A stretch of DNA of 35,985 bases from Acidimicrobiales bacterium (GCA_036273495.1 DASUHN010000226.1:1-35985); one strand, 5' to 3'; shown: positions 16,491 to 25,871, numbered from the stretch's first letter. The notes: generated by a model not told the origin, from the sequence alone. Numbers and translations are program-made.

Positions 16491-17759
16491 TCAGCGGCGG
16501 GTGAGCCGCCAGGACAGGCTGACCCGCGGGACGGCGGTGCCCGCGGTTGCGGGCTTCGACACCGTCTGAGTCCCGACGCGGTAGGTCACCGTGCCGACCT
16601 GCTGGCCGGCGGCCAGCGGGGCGCGGAGGGGAACGTGGGCCACGTTGACCTTCACCGCCATTCCGGGCCAGCCGAGGAACACGGCCCCGCCTCCGGCCTG
16701 CACCGCCACCTCGTGGCCCCACGGGACGCTGATGCGGCCCACCTCGGAGGACGGCAGGCTCACGGCTATGGGCCGCAGCGCTGCGGCGGTGGCGTCGATC
16801 AGGCGCTGCCCGGAGGTGAGGGCCGCCTCCAGGATCGACGGGCCCCGCTGGCCCAGGACGGCGCCGATCACCAGCTGGTCCTTTCCCAGCACGGGGCGGT
16901 GGGCGGCGAAGAGGAAGCAGCCCCCGGCCTGGATGGTCGAGCCGGTCTTGATGCCGACGATGCCGGAGTGGCCGACCAGGAAGTCGTAGTTGTAGAGGGT
17001 CCCCGCCACCGGGAGGTCGACCGAGGCCTCCCCGACGATGGCGGCGAACACCGGGTTGGCCATGGCCCGCTCCGCCAGCACGACCTGGTCGGTGGCGTTG
17101 CTCCTCGACGCCGCGCTCAGCCCGGTCGAGTCGGAGTAGTGGGTGGCGGTCATGCCGAGCCGGGCCGCCTCGGCGTTCATCTTCTGCACGAAGGCGGCCT
17201 CCGAGCCGGCGTCCCAGCGGGCCAGCGCCACGGCGACGTTGTTGGCCGACGCCACCAGGGCCGCCTCCAGCGCCTGGTGCTCGGTGATCTGCTCCCCCGC
17301 CGCCACGCGCGCCACCGACTGGTTCTGGGCCACGCCGAAGGCGTAGCCGGCGACGTCCGCCGCCGTCATGGTGAGCGACGGCCCCTGCGAGCCCGACGCC
17401 AGGGGGTGGTCGGCCATGATCACGTAGGCGGTCATCACCTTGGTGAGGCTGGCCACCGGAACCGGCGCGCCCGAACCCGACGCCCCGAGGGTGCCCACGC
17501 CCGCCACCGCGACCGTCGCCTCACCACCCTTCGGCCACGGCAGCGCCGGCGGCGTTCCGGGCACGACGAACGTGGCGGGGGCGTCGCCCACGAACGACAG
17601 GGCGGGCACCGACCGGGTGAGCTGCACGACGGCACCGGCCACGGCCAGGACCAGCAGGACCAGCAGCACGATCAGCACGGCGCGCAGCGCGGGCAGCCGG
17701 CGCCGGCGCCGGCGGCCCCAGTCCAGCGAGTTGCGGCGGTCGAGGGTGCGCAGGGCCAT
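16491..17759 (-). CDS. D-alanyl-D-alanine carboxypeptidase (peptidase S11, PBP5-like) with an N-terminal membrane anchor
   Basis: SLTKVMT (SxxK), SANN (SxN) and IKTGST (KTG). The N-terminus RRRRRLPALRAVLIVLLVLLVLAVAG is an anchor or signal sequence. Confidence 0.88.
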   Translation of the reverse strand: MALRTLDRRNSLDWGRRRRRRLPALRAVLIVLLVLLVLAVAGAVVQLTRSVPALSFVGDAPATFVVPGTPPALPWPKGGEATVAVAGVGTLGASGSGAPVPVASLTKVMTAYVIMADHPLASGSQGPSLTMTAADVAGYAFGVAQNQSVARVAAGEQITEHQALEAALVASANNVAVALARWDAGSEAAFVQKMNAEAARLGMTATHYSDSTGLSAASRSNATDQVVLAERAMANPVFAAIVGEASVDLPVAGTLYNYDFLVGHSGIVGIKTGSTIQAGGCFLFAAHRPVLGKDQLVIGAVLGQRGPSILEAALTSGQRLIDATAAALRPIAVSLPSSEVGRISVPWGHEVAVQAGGGAVFLGWPGMAVKVNVAHVPLRAPLAAGQQVGTVTYRVGTQTVSKPATAGTAVPRVSLSWRLTRR

Positions 17760-17775
17760 CCTCCCAGTGAACCGC

Positions 17776-19335
17776 CTACTCGCCCATCAGAACGGGATCC
17801 CGGCTGGGATGACCCGTCGGCACGGCGCGGGCCGGGGTCACCGGGGCCGCCGCCCGCCGGGGCAGGAAGGCGGCGGGAATGAACCCCACGGCGGTCAGCA
17901 CCAGCGCCAGGAGGAAGGTCTTGGCAAAAGAGTGGGCCAGGACGGGCGACACCTTGGTCAGCACCGCCGGCGACACGGACGACACGGCGTTGAGGGAGCT
18001 GGCCCCGGCCCGGAACCCGTGGGCGGCCAGCCCGCTGGTCATCTCCCGCTGCAGGGTCACCGCCATGACCGCCGTGCCGATCGATCCACCCACCCGCTGG
18101 ATGATGTTGAGCGACGTGGTGGCGCGCGGGACCTGGGCGTGCTCGAGGCTCCCGTACGACGCCGCCATGGCGGGCATCATCGTGAAGCCGAACCCGATGC
18201 CGCGCACGAACAGGGCGCCGCAGAGGAACACGTACGAGGTGTGGGGGCCGACCTCGGCGAAGGCGGCCGTCCCCAGGCACATCACCGCCATCCCGCCGAG
18301 CACGACGCGCCCGGCCCCGATGCTGTCGGTGAGCCGCCCGGCCAGCGGCATGAACATGGCGCTGGCTATCCCCTGCGGCGCGAGCAGCAGTCCCGCCGCC
18401 AGGGCGCCCTGCCCGCGCACGATCTGGTAGTAGAGCGGCAGCAGGATCATGGCCCCGAACAGGGCGATGCCGAACATCAGCGATGTCCCCGCCCCGGCCG
18501 AGAAGCTGCGGTCCTTGAACAGCCGCATGTCGATCAGCGCCACCCCCGGCCGGCGCACCGACTGGAGGACGAACGCCACCAGGAGGGCGCACCCCACGCT
18601 CACGCCGATCACGGTCTGGGTCCCCCCGAACCCGCCGGACGAGCCGGCCTCGGACAGGCCGTAGACGATGAAGGCCAGGCCGGGAGACAGGAGAGCCAGG
18701 CCCCGGAGGTCGAGCCGCTGCCCGCGCGAGACGGTGGCCCGGGGCAGCAGCCGCACGGCCAGGAACAGGGCCACCGCCCCGATCGGGACGTTCACGTAGA
18801 AGATCCACCGCCAGCTGGCGTCCTGCACCAGCACCCCGCCCAGGACCGGACCGAGAATCGGGCCCAGCATCATGGGCACGCCGATGATGCTCATCACCCG
18901 GCCCATCCGGGCCGGGCCGGCCGCCTGGGCCATGATCGTCTGGCCCACCGGCATGATCATCCCCCCGCCGAATCCCTGCAGGACGCGGAACACGATCAGG
19001 CTGCTGATCGACCACGCCGCCCCGCACAGGGCCGAGCCGGCCAGGAACAGCACGGTGGAGGCGATCCACACCTGCTTGGCCCCGAAGCGCTCGATGGCCC
19101 AGCCGGTGAGCGGGATCACCGTCGAGAGGGAGAGCAGGTAGCCGGTGGCCACCCACTGGACGCTGGTCAGCGAGGCGTGCAGGTCCTTGCCCAACGCGTC
19201 GAGGGCCACGTTGACGATCGTGGTGTCGAGGATCGACATGATCGAGCCCAGGACGACGACCGACGCCAGGAGCATCAGCGGCCGGTCGAGCCCCGCCCCG
19301 CTCCGTCCGGCCTCCCGCGTCGCCGTGGTTGCCAC
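17776..19335 (-). CDS. MFS transporter, DHA2 (EmrB/QacA, 14-TMS) family
   Basis: 519 aa and highly hydrophobic. Motifs SILDTTIVNVAL and PLAGRLTDSIGAGRV. GTG start at 19335. Confidence 0.88.
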   Translation of the reverse strand: MATTATREAGRSGAGLDRPLMLLASVVVLGSIMSILDTTIVNVALDALGKDLHASLTSVQWVATGYLLSLSTVIPLTGWAIERFGAKQVWIASTVLFLAGSALCGAAWSISSLIVFRVLQGFGGGMIMPVGQTIMAQAAGPARMGRVMSIIGVPMMLGPILGPVLGGVLVQDASWRWIFYVNVPIGAVALFLAVRLLPRATVSRGQRLDLRGLALLSPGLAFIVYGLSEAGSSGGFGGTQTVIGVSVGCALLVAFVLQSVRRPGVALIDMRLFKDRSFSAGAGTSLMFGIALFGAMILLPLYYQIVRGQGALAAGLLLAPQGIASAMFMPLAGRLTDSIGAGRVVLGGMAVMCLGTAAFAEVGPHTSYVFLCGALFVRGIGFGFTMMPAMAASYGSLEHAQVPRATTSLNIIQRVGGSIGTAVMAVTLQREMTSGLAAHGFRAGASSLNAVSSVSPAVLTKVSPVLAHSFAKTFLLALVLTAVGFIPAAFLPRRAAAPVTPARAVPTGHPSRDPVLMGE

Positions 19336-19344
19336 CGCCGGAGT

Positions 19345-19860
19345 CTAAGAACCCCGGAACCTGGTGCCGACCACGAACGGGTCCAGGGACACGGGCGGGG
19401 CCGTCCCGAGGGCCAGCGCCGCCGCCGTGGAAGGCGACCTTGTAGGTGCCCCCGAAGGGGCCGGGGGAGAAGGTGGGCAGCCCGTAGGGCGAGGCCCCCT
19501 CCTCGCGCGGGCGGCGCTCGATGAAGATCGGCAGGGCCAGCGGGTCGCGGTCATCCCCGGCCCGGAAGTAGGCCACCTGCTCCAGGGTGGGCCGCAGGCG
19601 GAGCGGGATCCCGGCGGCGGCCGTGACCGAGCGGCTCCACGGCCCCGCCCGAGTCGCGGATCCCGGTCACCCGGCTCCCCTCCCGGAGCTCGGCTGCCGA
19701 GCAGGCCCGGAGAGCGGCCAGGCAGGAGTCGGCGGACAGCACCCCCGAGTCGGGCTCCCACAGGGCGGCTCCGCCCCATCCGCGACGGGCCGCGCGACCC
19801 GGACCGCTCGTGGCCCACGGCGGCCTGCTCCAGGACCACCACGTCCCGGCCGGGCGGACG
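19345..19860 (-). pseudogene. Probable frameshifted remnant of an unidentified gene immediately upstream of the MFS transporter
   Basis: A hand count of G/C at each codon phase shows the G/C-saturated phase moving through three frames. About 19860-19795 is frame a (GRDVVVLEQAAVGHE). About 19795-19650 is frame b (LWEPDSGVLSADSCLAALRACSAAELREGSRVTGIRDSGGAVEP). About 19650-19440 is frame c (PTLEQVAYFRAGDDRDPLALPIFIERRPREEGASPYGLPTFSPGPFGGTYKVAFHGG). About 19440-19345 returns to frame a (AALALGTAPPVSLDPFVVGTRFRGS, then stop). No single intact ORF explains this. Confidence 0.3.
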
Positions 19861-19889
19861 GTACCGGAGGGGCCGACAAGAATGCCGCC

Positions 19890-20639
19890 ATGACCCCCGA
19901 GGCGAAGACCCTGGCCGTCGACGTCGGTGGGACCGGGATCAAGGCCTCGGTCCTCGACGCCGCCGGGAAGCTGACGGCCGAGCGGGTGCGGGTGGCCACC
20001 ACCTATCCGATGGAGCCCGGCCGTCTGGTCGACGTGATCACCGAGCTGGCCGGCCACCTGCCCGCGTACGACCGGGTGTCGATCGGCTTTCCCGGCGTCG
20101 TGCGGGAGGGCCACGTGCTGACCGCTCCCCACTTCGTGACCGAGAAGGGGCCCGGCACCAAGATCGTTCCCGCCCTCGAGCGGAGCTGGCGGGGCTACGA
20201 CCTGGCCGGCGCGGTCGCGACCGGCCTCGGCAAGCCGGCCCGGGCGGCCAACGACGCCGACCTCCAGGGGGCGGCGGTGGTCACCGGCGAGGGACTGGAG
20301 CTGGTCGTCACCCTCGGCACCGGCGTCGGCACGGCTCTGTTCTACAAGGGCCGCCTGGCCGCCCACCTCGAGCTGGCCCACCACCCCTTCCGCCGCGACC
20401 AGACCTACAACGAGCAGCTCGGTGACGCCACCCGCCGCCGGATCGGCAAGCGGCGCTGGAACAAGCGCGTGCACCTGGCCATCCGCACGCTCTACGACCT
20501 CGTGGTCTACGACCACCTCTTCATCGGCGGCGGCAACTCCGGTCGGGTGTCCGAGCCGCTGGACGCCAACATCACCATCGTTGGCAACGAGGCCGGCATC
20601 CTCGGGGGCATCAAGCTGTGGGAACGCGAGGAGATGTAG
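19890..20639 (+). CDS. ppgK: ROK-family sugar kinase, polyphosphate glucokinase-like
   Basis: ORF-track start 19587 trimmed to ATG 19890. Motifs LAVDVGGTGIKASVLD (DxGGT), ANDADLQG and VTLGTGVGTALF. 249 aa, with no zinc CxCGxxGC motif, as in PpgK-type enzymes. Confidence 0.8.
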   Translation: MTPEAKTLAVDVGGTGIKASVLDAAGKLTAERVRVATTYPMEPGRLVDVITELAGHLPAYDRVSIGFPGVVREGHVLTAPHFVTEKGPGTKIVPALERSWRGYDLAGAVATGLGKPARAANDADLQGAAVVTGEGLELVVTLGTGVGTALFYKGRLAAHLELAHHPFRRDQTYNEQLGDATRRRIGKRRWNKRVHLAIRTLYDLVVYDHLFIGGGNSGRVSEPLDANITIVGNEAGILGGIKLWEREEM

Positions 20640-20645
20640 CAGCGC

Positions 20646-21404
20646 TCAGGCGGCCGAGGTGACGCGCCGGGCGAACTCGACGGCGGCGCGCTCGATCAGC
20701 TCCTTGTCGTGGTCGAGGGTGGCGACGTGGAAGCTGCGCTCCAGGCTCACCCGCTCGACCGGGCCCGAGACCGACCCGGCCAGCCGCTCGCTGGCACCGG
20801 GTGGGACCACGTGGTCCTGGGGGCTGTTGAGGATCAGCACCGGGCAGCGGATGTCGGCCAGCCGGCCCTCGAGGTCGAGCATCGCCTCTCCGAGCGACAG
20901 CAGGCTGCGCACCGGCACCTGGTCGTAGCCGAGCTCGTCGGCGTCGGGGTCGGCGATGTCCCCGGCCACGCCGGGCATCAGCTCGATGCCCTGCGACAGC
21001 ATGTCCTCGAGGCCCTTACGCAGGTCGTCGTCCGCCATGCCCACAGCCGCGTTGATCAGCACCAGGCCGGCCAGCTCGGGGTGGTGCGCCCCCACCCACG
21101 CCGCCAGCGTCCCGCCCATCGACAGGCCGGCCGCCACCACCCGCTCACACCGGCCGGCCAGGTCCCGGTAGGCGGCCTCCACCGCTCCCGACCAGTCGGC
21201 CCAGCCCGTGGTGGCCATGTCCTCCACGGTGGTGCCGTGGCCGGGCAGGCGGGGCAGCTCGACGGTGAAGCCGGCCGAGGCGAAGGCCTCGGCCAGGCCC
21301 CGCATCGACTGGGGGCAGCCGGTGAAGCCGTGGATCACCAGGGCGCCGGCGGGCCCGCCGGGAGCGGACCACGCCTCGGCGCCGGGAAGGACGGCGGGGC
21401 TCAC
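20646..21404 (-). CDS. Alpha/beta hydrolase (carboxylesterase/lysophospholipase-like)
   Basis: GTG 21404 overlaps the upstream TGA. Motifs HGFTGCPQSM, the nucleophile elbow GLSMGG, and later SPQDHVVP and SFHVATLD (Asp/His candidates). Confidence 0.8.
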   Translation of the reverse strand: MSPAVLPGAEAWSAPGGPAGALVIHGFTGCPQSMRGLAEAFASAGFTVELPRLPGHGTTVEDMATTGWADWSGAVEAAYRDLAGRCERVVAAGLSMGGTLAAWVGAHHPELAGLVLINAAVGMADDDLRKGLEDMLSQGIELMPGVAGDIADPDADELGYDQVPVRSLLSLGEAMLDLEGRLADIRCPVLILNSPQDHVVPPGASERLAGSVSGPVERVSLERSFHVATLDHDKELIERAAVEFARRVTSAA

Positions 21405-22390
21405 GCCGGGGTGGGCTGGCGGGGCTCCATCCCCGCCGCCAGGTAGATGGCGTCGATCACGCGCATGTTGGCGATGGCGTCGTCGGGCCCGGTCGGCACG
21501 GCGGCGCCGTTCTCGACCGCGTCCACGAACGCCTCGAGCTGGTACTGGTAGGTGTGGTGGCCCCGCCCCCGCCACCGCCGGGTCCGGCCCCCGCTGCGCT
21601 GGGTGACGAGGTTGAAGAACTGCGGGGCGGTGGGGTTGAACACGTGCACGCTGCCGCTCTCCCCGATCACCCGGGCCGAGATGTCGAGCACGGTCCCGGA
21701 CCACATCGAGGTGGTGATCCGGCCGCTGCTGCCGTCGGGAAAGCGGACGGAGGCCCGCACGTAGCGGTCGACGCCCGGGCGGCGCAGCCGGGCCTCGGCG
21801 CTCACCACCTCGGGCTCGGCGCCGGCCAGGGTGCGCGCCATGTGCACGGCGTAGCACCCGGCGTCCATCAGGGCGCCCCCGGCCAGGTGCGCCTGCCACC
21901 GGATGTCGTTGCGGGCGAACAGCGGGAAGCACATCGAGGTGCGGATCTCCCGGATCGGGCCCAGCTCGCCACTTCTCACGATCTCGACCAGCCGGGAGGC
22001 CAGGGGGTGGTACCGCCAGTGGAAGGCCTCCACGACGACCAGCCCGGTCTCGGCCGCCACCTTGGCGACCTCCTCGGCCTCGGCGGCGTTGGCCGTGAAG
22101 GGCTTCTCGCACAGGACGTGCTTGCCGGCCCGCAGGGCCCGCATCGTCCAGACCCCGTGCAGACCGTTGGGCAACGGGTTGTACACGGCGTCGATGTCGG
22201 GGTCGTCGATCAGCTGCTGGTACGACCCGTGCACGCGGGGGATGCCGTGCTTGGTGGCGAAGGCCTGCGCCTTGTCGCGCGAGCGCGCCGCCACGGCGGC
22301 GACCTCGGCCCCGGCCACGGCCCGCCCGGGCCGGACCAGCGCCATCGGGGCGATGCGGGCCGCGCCCAGGCAGCCGATCCGGACGGTCAC
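21401..22390 (-). CDS. Gfo/Idh/MocA-family NAD(P)-dependent oxidoreductase
   Basis: GTG 22390 overlaps the PPOX TGA. Rossmann start VRIGCLGAARIA; HVLCEKPF (EKP motif). 329 aa. Confidence 0.85.
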   Translation of the reverse strand: MTVRIGCLGAARIAPMALVRPGRAVAGAEVAAVAARSRDKAQAFATKHGIPRVHGSYQQLIDDPDIDAVYNPLPNGLHGVWTMRALRAGKHVLCEKPFTANAAEAEEVAKVAAETGLVVVEAFHWRYHPLASRLVEIVRSGELGPIREIRTSMCFPLFARNDIRWQAHLAGGALMDAGCYAVHMARTLAGAEPEVVSAEARLRRPGVDRYVRASVRFPDGSSGRITTSMWSGTVLDISARVIGESGSVHVFNPTAPQFFNLVTQRSGGRTRRWRGRGHHTYQYQLEAFVDAVENGAAVPTGPDDAIANMRVIDAIYLAAGMEPRQPTPA

Positions 22391-22896
22391 GAGCCCGCCT
22401 GGGGCCGCATCGGGGGCAGGCCCAGCTTGCGGTGGTCCCACGACACGACCCGGTCGACGTTGAGCTTGATCACCACGCGCTTGTTCAGCATGGCCTCGAC
22501 CATGGGCCGCATGTCCTCGCTGTAGGCGCCCGTGTAGCGCTCGAACACGCTCACCCCGAGCTCCCACATCCGCTTCGGGTCCTCGACGATCTCGGCCCGG
22601 CCCACCAGCTCGACCCCGCGCAGCTCGTCGTAGTAGTCCCCGTCCTCGATCATGCAGGTGATCGTGGGGTTGCGCCGCAGGTTCAAGACCTTCTGGCTCT
22701 TGGCCTTTGTCTCGAAGGCGAGCGCCCCCTCGAGGAACCCGTACCACATGGCCACGGCGTGGATGGTCCCGTCGTGGTTGATGCTGCAGAGACTGGCGGC
22801 GCGGCGGCCGGCCAGGAACTCGTCGATCTCGTCCGGGCCCATCTTGATGAGGTCCCGCTGCTTGACGCCGTGGCCCATGGCCCCTTGTTCCGACAT
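22387..22896 (-). CDS. Pyridoxamine 5'-phosphate oxidase-family (PPOX class, possibly F420-dependent) protein
   Basis: ORF-track start 23058 trimmed to ATG 22896 (MSEQGAMG..). Split-barrel-like sequence LCSINHDGTIHAVAMWY..NLRRNPTITCMIEDG. 169 aa. Confidence 0.7.
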   Translation of the reverse strand: MSEQGAMGHGVKQRDLIKMGPDEIDEFLAGRRAASLCSINHDGTIHAVAMWYGFLEGALAFETKAKSQKVLNLRRNPTITCMIEDGDYYDELRGVELVGRAEIVEDPKRMWELGVSVFERYTGAYSEDMRPMVEAMLNKRVVIKLNVDRVVSWDHRKLGLPPMRPQAGS

Positions 22897-22969
22897 ATGG
22901 GCATGGTAGGGAACGGGGCGGGAGAACGCCGCTTCGCCCTCGGGCGTCAGCGGGTGGAGCGGGCGGGGA

Positions 22970-23767
22970 TCAGCCGGCGAGCTGAACGAGGGCCCGGGAC
23001 ACCATGCGGCGGGCGTCCTCGGAGAGCATGGCCTTGGACCAGTAGAAGCCCTGGGCAAAGTCGCACCCGAGGTCCGACAGCCGGCCCAGCTGGTCGAGCG
23101 TCTCGACGCCCTCGGCCACCGCCTTCATCCCGAGCGTGTGGGCCAGGACCACGACGGCCTCGACGACGACGCTGTCGTGCTCGTCCCGGCACAGCCCGGC
23201 CACCAGGGTGCGGTCGATCTGCAGGTAGTGGACGCCGAGGCGGCGGAGCCGGCTGAGCGAGGAGAAGCCGGTGCCGAAGTTGTCGACGGCAATGCCGACC
23301 CCGAGGTCGCGCAGGGCCTCGACCGCCCGCACCGATGCGGGGGCCATGAGCGAGCTCTCAGTGAGCTCGACGGTCAACAGTTGGGCGGGAACGCCGTGCT
23401 CGGTCAGAGCCGACTCGACCGCACGGGGCAGGTGCTCGTCGACGACCTCCTGGGCGGACAGGTTCACCGACACGCCGACGTTGGCGTGGGGAGCCAGGTC
23501 CCGCCAGACGCCGACCTGGCGCACGGCCTCGTTGAGGACGAACTCGCCCAGCCGGCCGATCTCGGCGGTCTCGACCGCCAGGGCCAGGAAGTCCTTGGGC
23601 AGCAGCACGCCCCATGCGGGGTGGCGCCAGCGCACGAGCGCCTCGAAGCGGGAGAGGGCCCCGGTCGACAGGTCGAGCTGCGGCTGGTACCAGACCTCGA
23701 ACTCCCCCCGCTCCAGCGCAGCCTCGATGGCCCCCGGCAGGAGCGCCTGGTCCCGGTTTCTCTCCAT
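22970..23767 (-). CDS. Stand-alone EAL-domain protein (c-di-GMP phosphodiesterase fold, probably catalytically degenerate)
   Basis: YQPQ, FEALVRW (EAL), SVNLS, VELTES, VDNFGTGFSSLSRL, YLQIDRTLV and AEGVET..QGFYW. There is no GGDEF or sensor domain. 265 aa. Confidence 0.88.
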   Translation of the reverse strand: MERNRDQALLPGAIEAALERGEFEVWYQPQLDLSTGALSRFEALVRWRHPAWGVLLPKDFLALAVETAEIGRLGEFVLNEAVRQVGVWRDLAPHANVGVSVNLSAQEVVDEHLPRAVESALTEHGVPAQLLTVELTESSLMAPASVRAVEALRDLGVGIAVDNFGTGFSSLSRLRRLGVHYLQIDRTLVAGLCRDEHDSVVVEAVVVLAHTLGMKAVAEGVETLDQLGRLSDLGCDFAQGFYWSKAMLSEDARRMVSRALVQLAG

Positions 23768-23831
23768 GGTTCGCCCTGAGCCCTCGATCCTGGTTCCCGG
23801 CGTGCGCCGAGAGGGTGTCCCTGGAGTTTTC

Positions 23832-23848
23832 GGCGTCCCGGAGACGCC
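23832..23848 (-). terminator. Weak candidate hairpin downstream of the GlsB/YeaQ gene
   Basis: GGCGTC-CCGGA-GACGCC gives a 6-bp GC stem and a 5-nt loop. There is no clear U-tract on the minus-strand transcript. Confidence 0.25.
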
Positions 23849-23862
23849 CCTTTAGCCGGGAA

Positions 23863-24204
23863 TCAGCGGATCTGGCGGCGAGCGCCGGGCAGGCCCCGGC
23901 GCCGGGCCCAGGGCGAGGAGTAGGCGCTCACCGCCGCCGCCGCCACTCCGACCTCGAGCAGCACGGTGGCCAGGTGGCCCACGCCGATCTCGTGGCCGAT
24001 GAACCCGCCCAGGATCGAGCCGATCAGCCCGCACAGGATCGTGGCCACGGTCCCGATGGGCTGGGTCCCCGGCACCACCAGGCGGGCCAGGGCCCCGAAG
24101 AACAGCCCGACGATGGCGGTGCTGACGAGGGTCCACAGGGCCAGGCCGACCAGGGGCAGGACCACGAACAGGACCAGGAAGGCGACGAACAGGGCCAGGA
24201 TCAC
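23863..24204 (-). CDS. GlsB/YeaQ/YmgE-family stress-response membrane protein
   Basis: GTG 24204 overlaps the upstream TGA (24201-24203). 113 aa with three hydrophobic, Gly-rich segments (VILALFVAFLVLFVVLPLVG.., IVGLFFGALARLVVPG, ILCGLIGSILGGFIGHEIG). Confidence 0.75.
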   Translation of the reverse strand: MILALFVAFLVLFVVLPLVGLALWTLVSTAIVGLFFGALARLVVPGTQPIGTVATILCGLIGSILGGFIGHEIGVGHLATVLLEVGVAAAAVSAYSSPWARRRGLPGARRQIR

Positions 24205-25871
24205 CGCAGCACCTTTCCGGGCCGGGTGCCGGCTCCGTCCGGCGCCGGCTCTCCGTCCACCCGGATCGGGACCCCGTTGACCAGCACGTGGCTCATGCCC
24301 ACCGGGGCATCCGCGGTGAGCCGCTCCCCGTCGGCCGGGAAGTCGCGCACCCGGCGGAGGGGCCCGGGCGCCACGGTGCCGGGATCGAACACGCACAGGT
24401 CGGCGGCCTTGCCCACCTCGACGGTGCCGCGGTCGGCGAGCCCGTAGACGGCGGCCGGCTCCCCGGTCAGCTTGTGGACCGCCCGCTCGAGGCCGATCAC
24501 CCGCCGCTCGCGCACCCAGTTGCCGAGCAGGTCGGTGGCGAAGCAGGCGTCGCACAGCTGCGACACGTGGGCGCCCGAGTCGGCCAGACCGAGCAGGACG
24601 TTGTCCCGGGGCAAGAGCCAGGCGATCCCGTCGGGGTCGTCGTTGGCGAGCACCGACCAGAAGCGGGTGCGCAGCTCGTCCTCCAGGGACAGGTCCAGCA
24701 CCACGTCCAGCGGGGTGCACCCCCGCTCCCCGGCCAGCTCGGTCACCGACCGGCCGACCAGGTCGGGGCGGGTCTCGGACTCGGCCACCGACAGCGAGGC
24801 CCAGTTGAACGGGAGGCCCCGCCGGCCCTGGGGGACGCCCAGCTCCGCCCACGCCGCCTCCCGCCACGCCGGGTCGCGGTAGGCCGCCATGCGGTCCTCC
24901 TTGGACACCCCCATCAGCTGCTTGAAGGCGTCGCGCATGTTCAGGGTGAACGGCTCGGCCAGGTTCATCTGGAACACGAGGGGACGGCACGACACCTGGG
25001 GCCACACCTCGACCCCCCGGGCCCGGGCGGCGTCGTTCTCCTCGATCACCTTCTCGTGGTACGGGTAGCCCTTGATCGTCAGCAGCGCCGTCCACGTGAA
25101 CGGCCGGCCGATCTCGGTCTGCAGGGAGAACATGGTCTCGTTGGGGATGACCCCACCGGGCAGCAGGGCCACCACGCCCCGGCCGGCGTCGCGCACCGGG
25201 AGCAGGAGGGCGCGCAGCTCCTCGACGTCGGCCACACGCGACGGCACGGGGCGGCCGTGGTCTCCGTTGTGGGTCGGCGAGGCGCTGGACGCGAACCCGA
25301 TGGCGCCGCCGGCCATGGCCTCGGCCACCACCTGCTGCATGCGCTCGAGCTCCTCGGCCGTGGCGGGCCGCTCGTAGGCGTCCTCCCCCATCACGTAGAG
25401 GCGCACGGCGGTGTGACCGACGTAGCAGCCGTAGTTGAGGGTGACGCCGCGCTGCTCGACGGCGTCCAGGTACTGGGGGAAGGTCTCGAAGTCGTCCCAC
25501 GGCACCCCGACCGACAGCGTCTCGAAGCTCATGTCCTCGACGTGCTGCAGGGTCCGGGCCAGGAGCCCGACCCCGTCGCGGCGGATGGGGGCGATCGAGA
25601 ACCCGCAGTTCCCCGCCACGACCGTGGTCACCCCGTGGAAGGCCGAGGGGGTGAGGCCCGGGTCCCAGAACACCTGGGCGTCGTAGTGGGTGTGGATGTC
25701 GATGAAGCCGGGGCTCACGACCTGCCCCGAGGCGTCGAGCTCCCGGCGGCCCCGCAGGCCGGTGCCGATCCCGGTGATCGTCCCGTCGGTGACGGCCACG
25801 TCGGCCGGGCGGCCCGGGGCTCCCGTGCCGTCGACCACCGTCCCGCCCCGGATCACGATGTCTGCGTCCAT
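24201..25871 (-). CDS. N-acyl-D-amino-acid deacylase (D-aminoacylase) family amidohydrolase
   Basis: ORF-track start trimmed to ATG 25871 (MDADIVIRGGTVVDGTG). VVSPGFIDIHTHYD is the HxH metal site. 556 aa, typical for the family. Confidence 0.85.
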   Translation of the reverse strand: MDADIVIRGGTVVDGTGAPGRPADVAVTDGTITGIGTGLRGRRELDASGQVVSPGFIDIHTHYDAQVFWDPGLTPSAFHGVTTVVAGNCGFSIAPIRRDGVGLLARTLQHVEDMSFETLSVGVPWDDFETFPQYLDAVEQRGVTLNYGCYVGHTAVRLYVMGEDAYERPATAEELERMQQVVAEAMAGGAIGFASSASPTHNGDHGRPVPSRVADVEELRALLLPVRDAGRGVVALLPGGVIPNETMFSLQTEIGRPFTWTALLTIKGYPYHEKVIEENDAARARGVEVWPQVSCRPLVFQMNLAEPFTLNMRDAFKQLMGVSKEDRMAAYRDPAWREAAWAELGVPQGRRGLPFNWASLSVAESETRPDLVGRSVTELAGERGCTPLDVVLDLSLEDELRTRFWSVLANDDPDGIAWLLPRDNVLLGLADSGAHVSQLCDACFATDLLGNWVRERRVIGLERAVHKLTGEPAAVYGLADRGTVEVGKAADLCVFDPGTVAPGPLRRVRDFPADGERLTADAPVGMSHVLVNGVPIRVDGEPAPDGAGTRPGKVLR

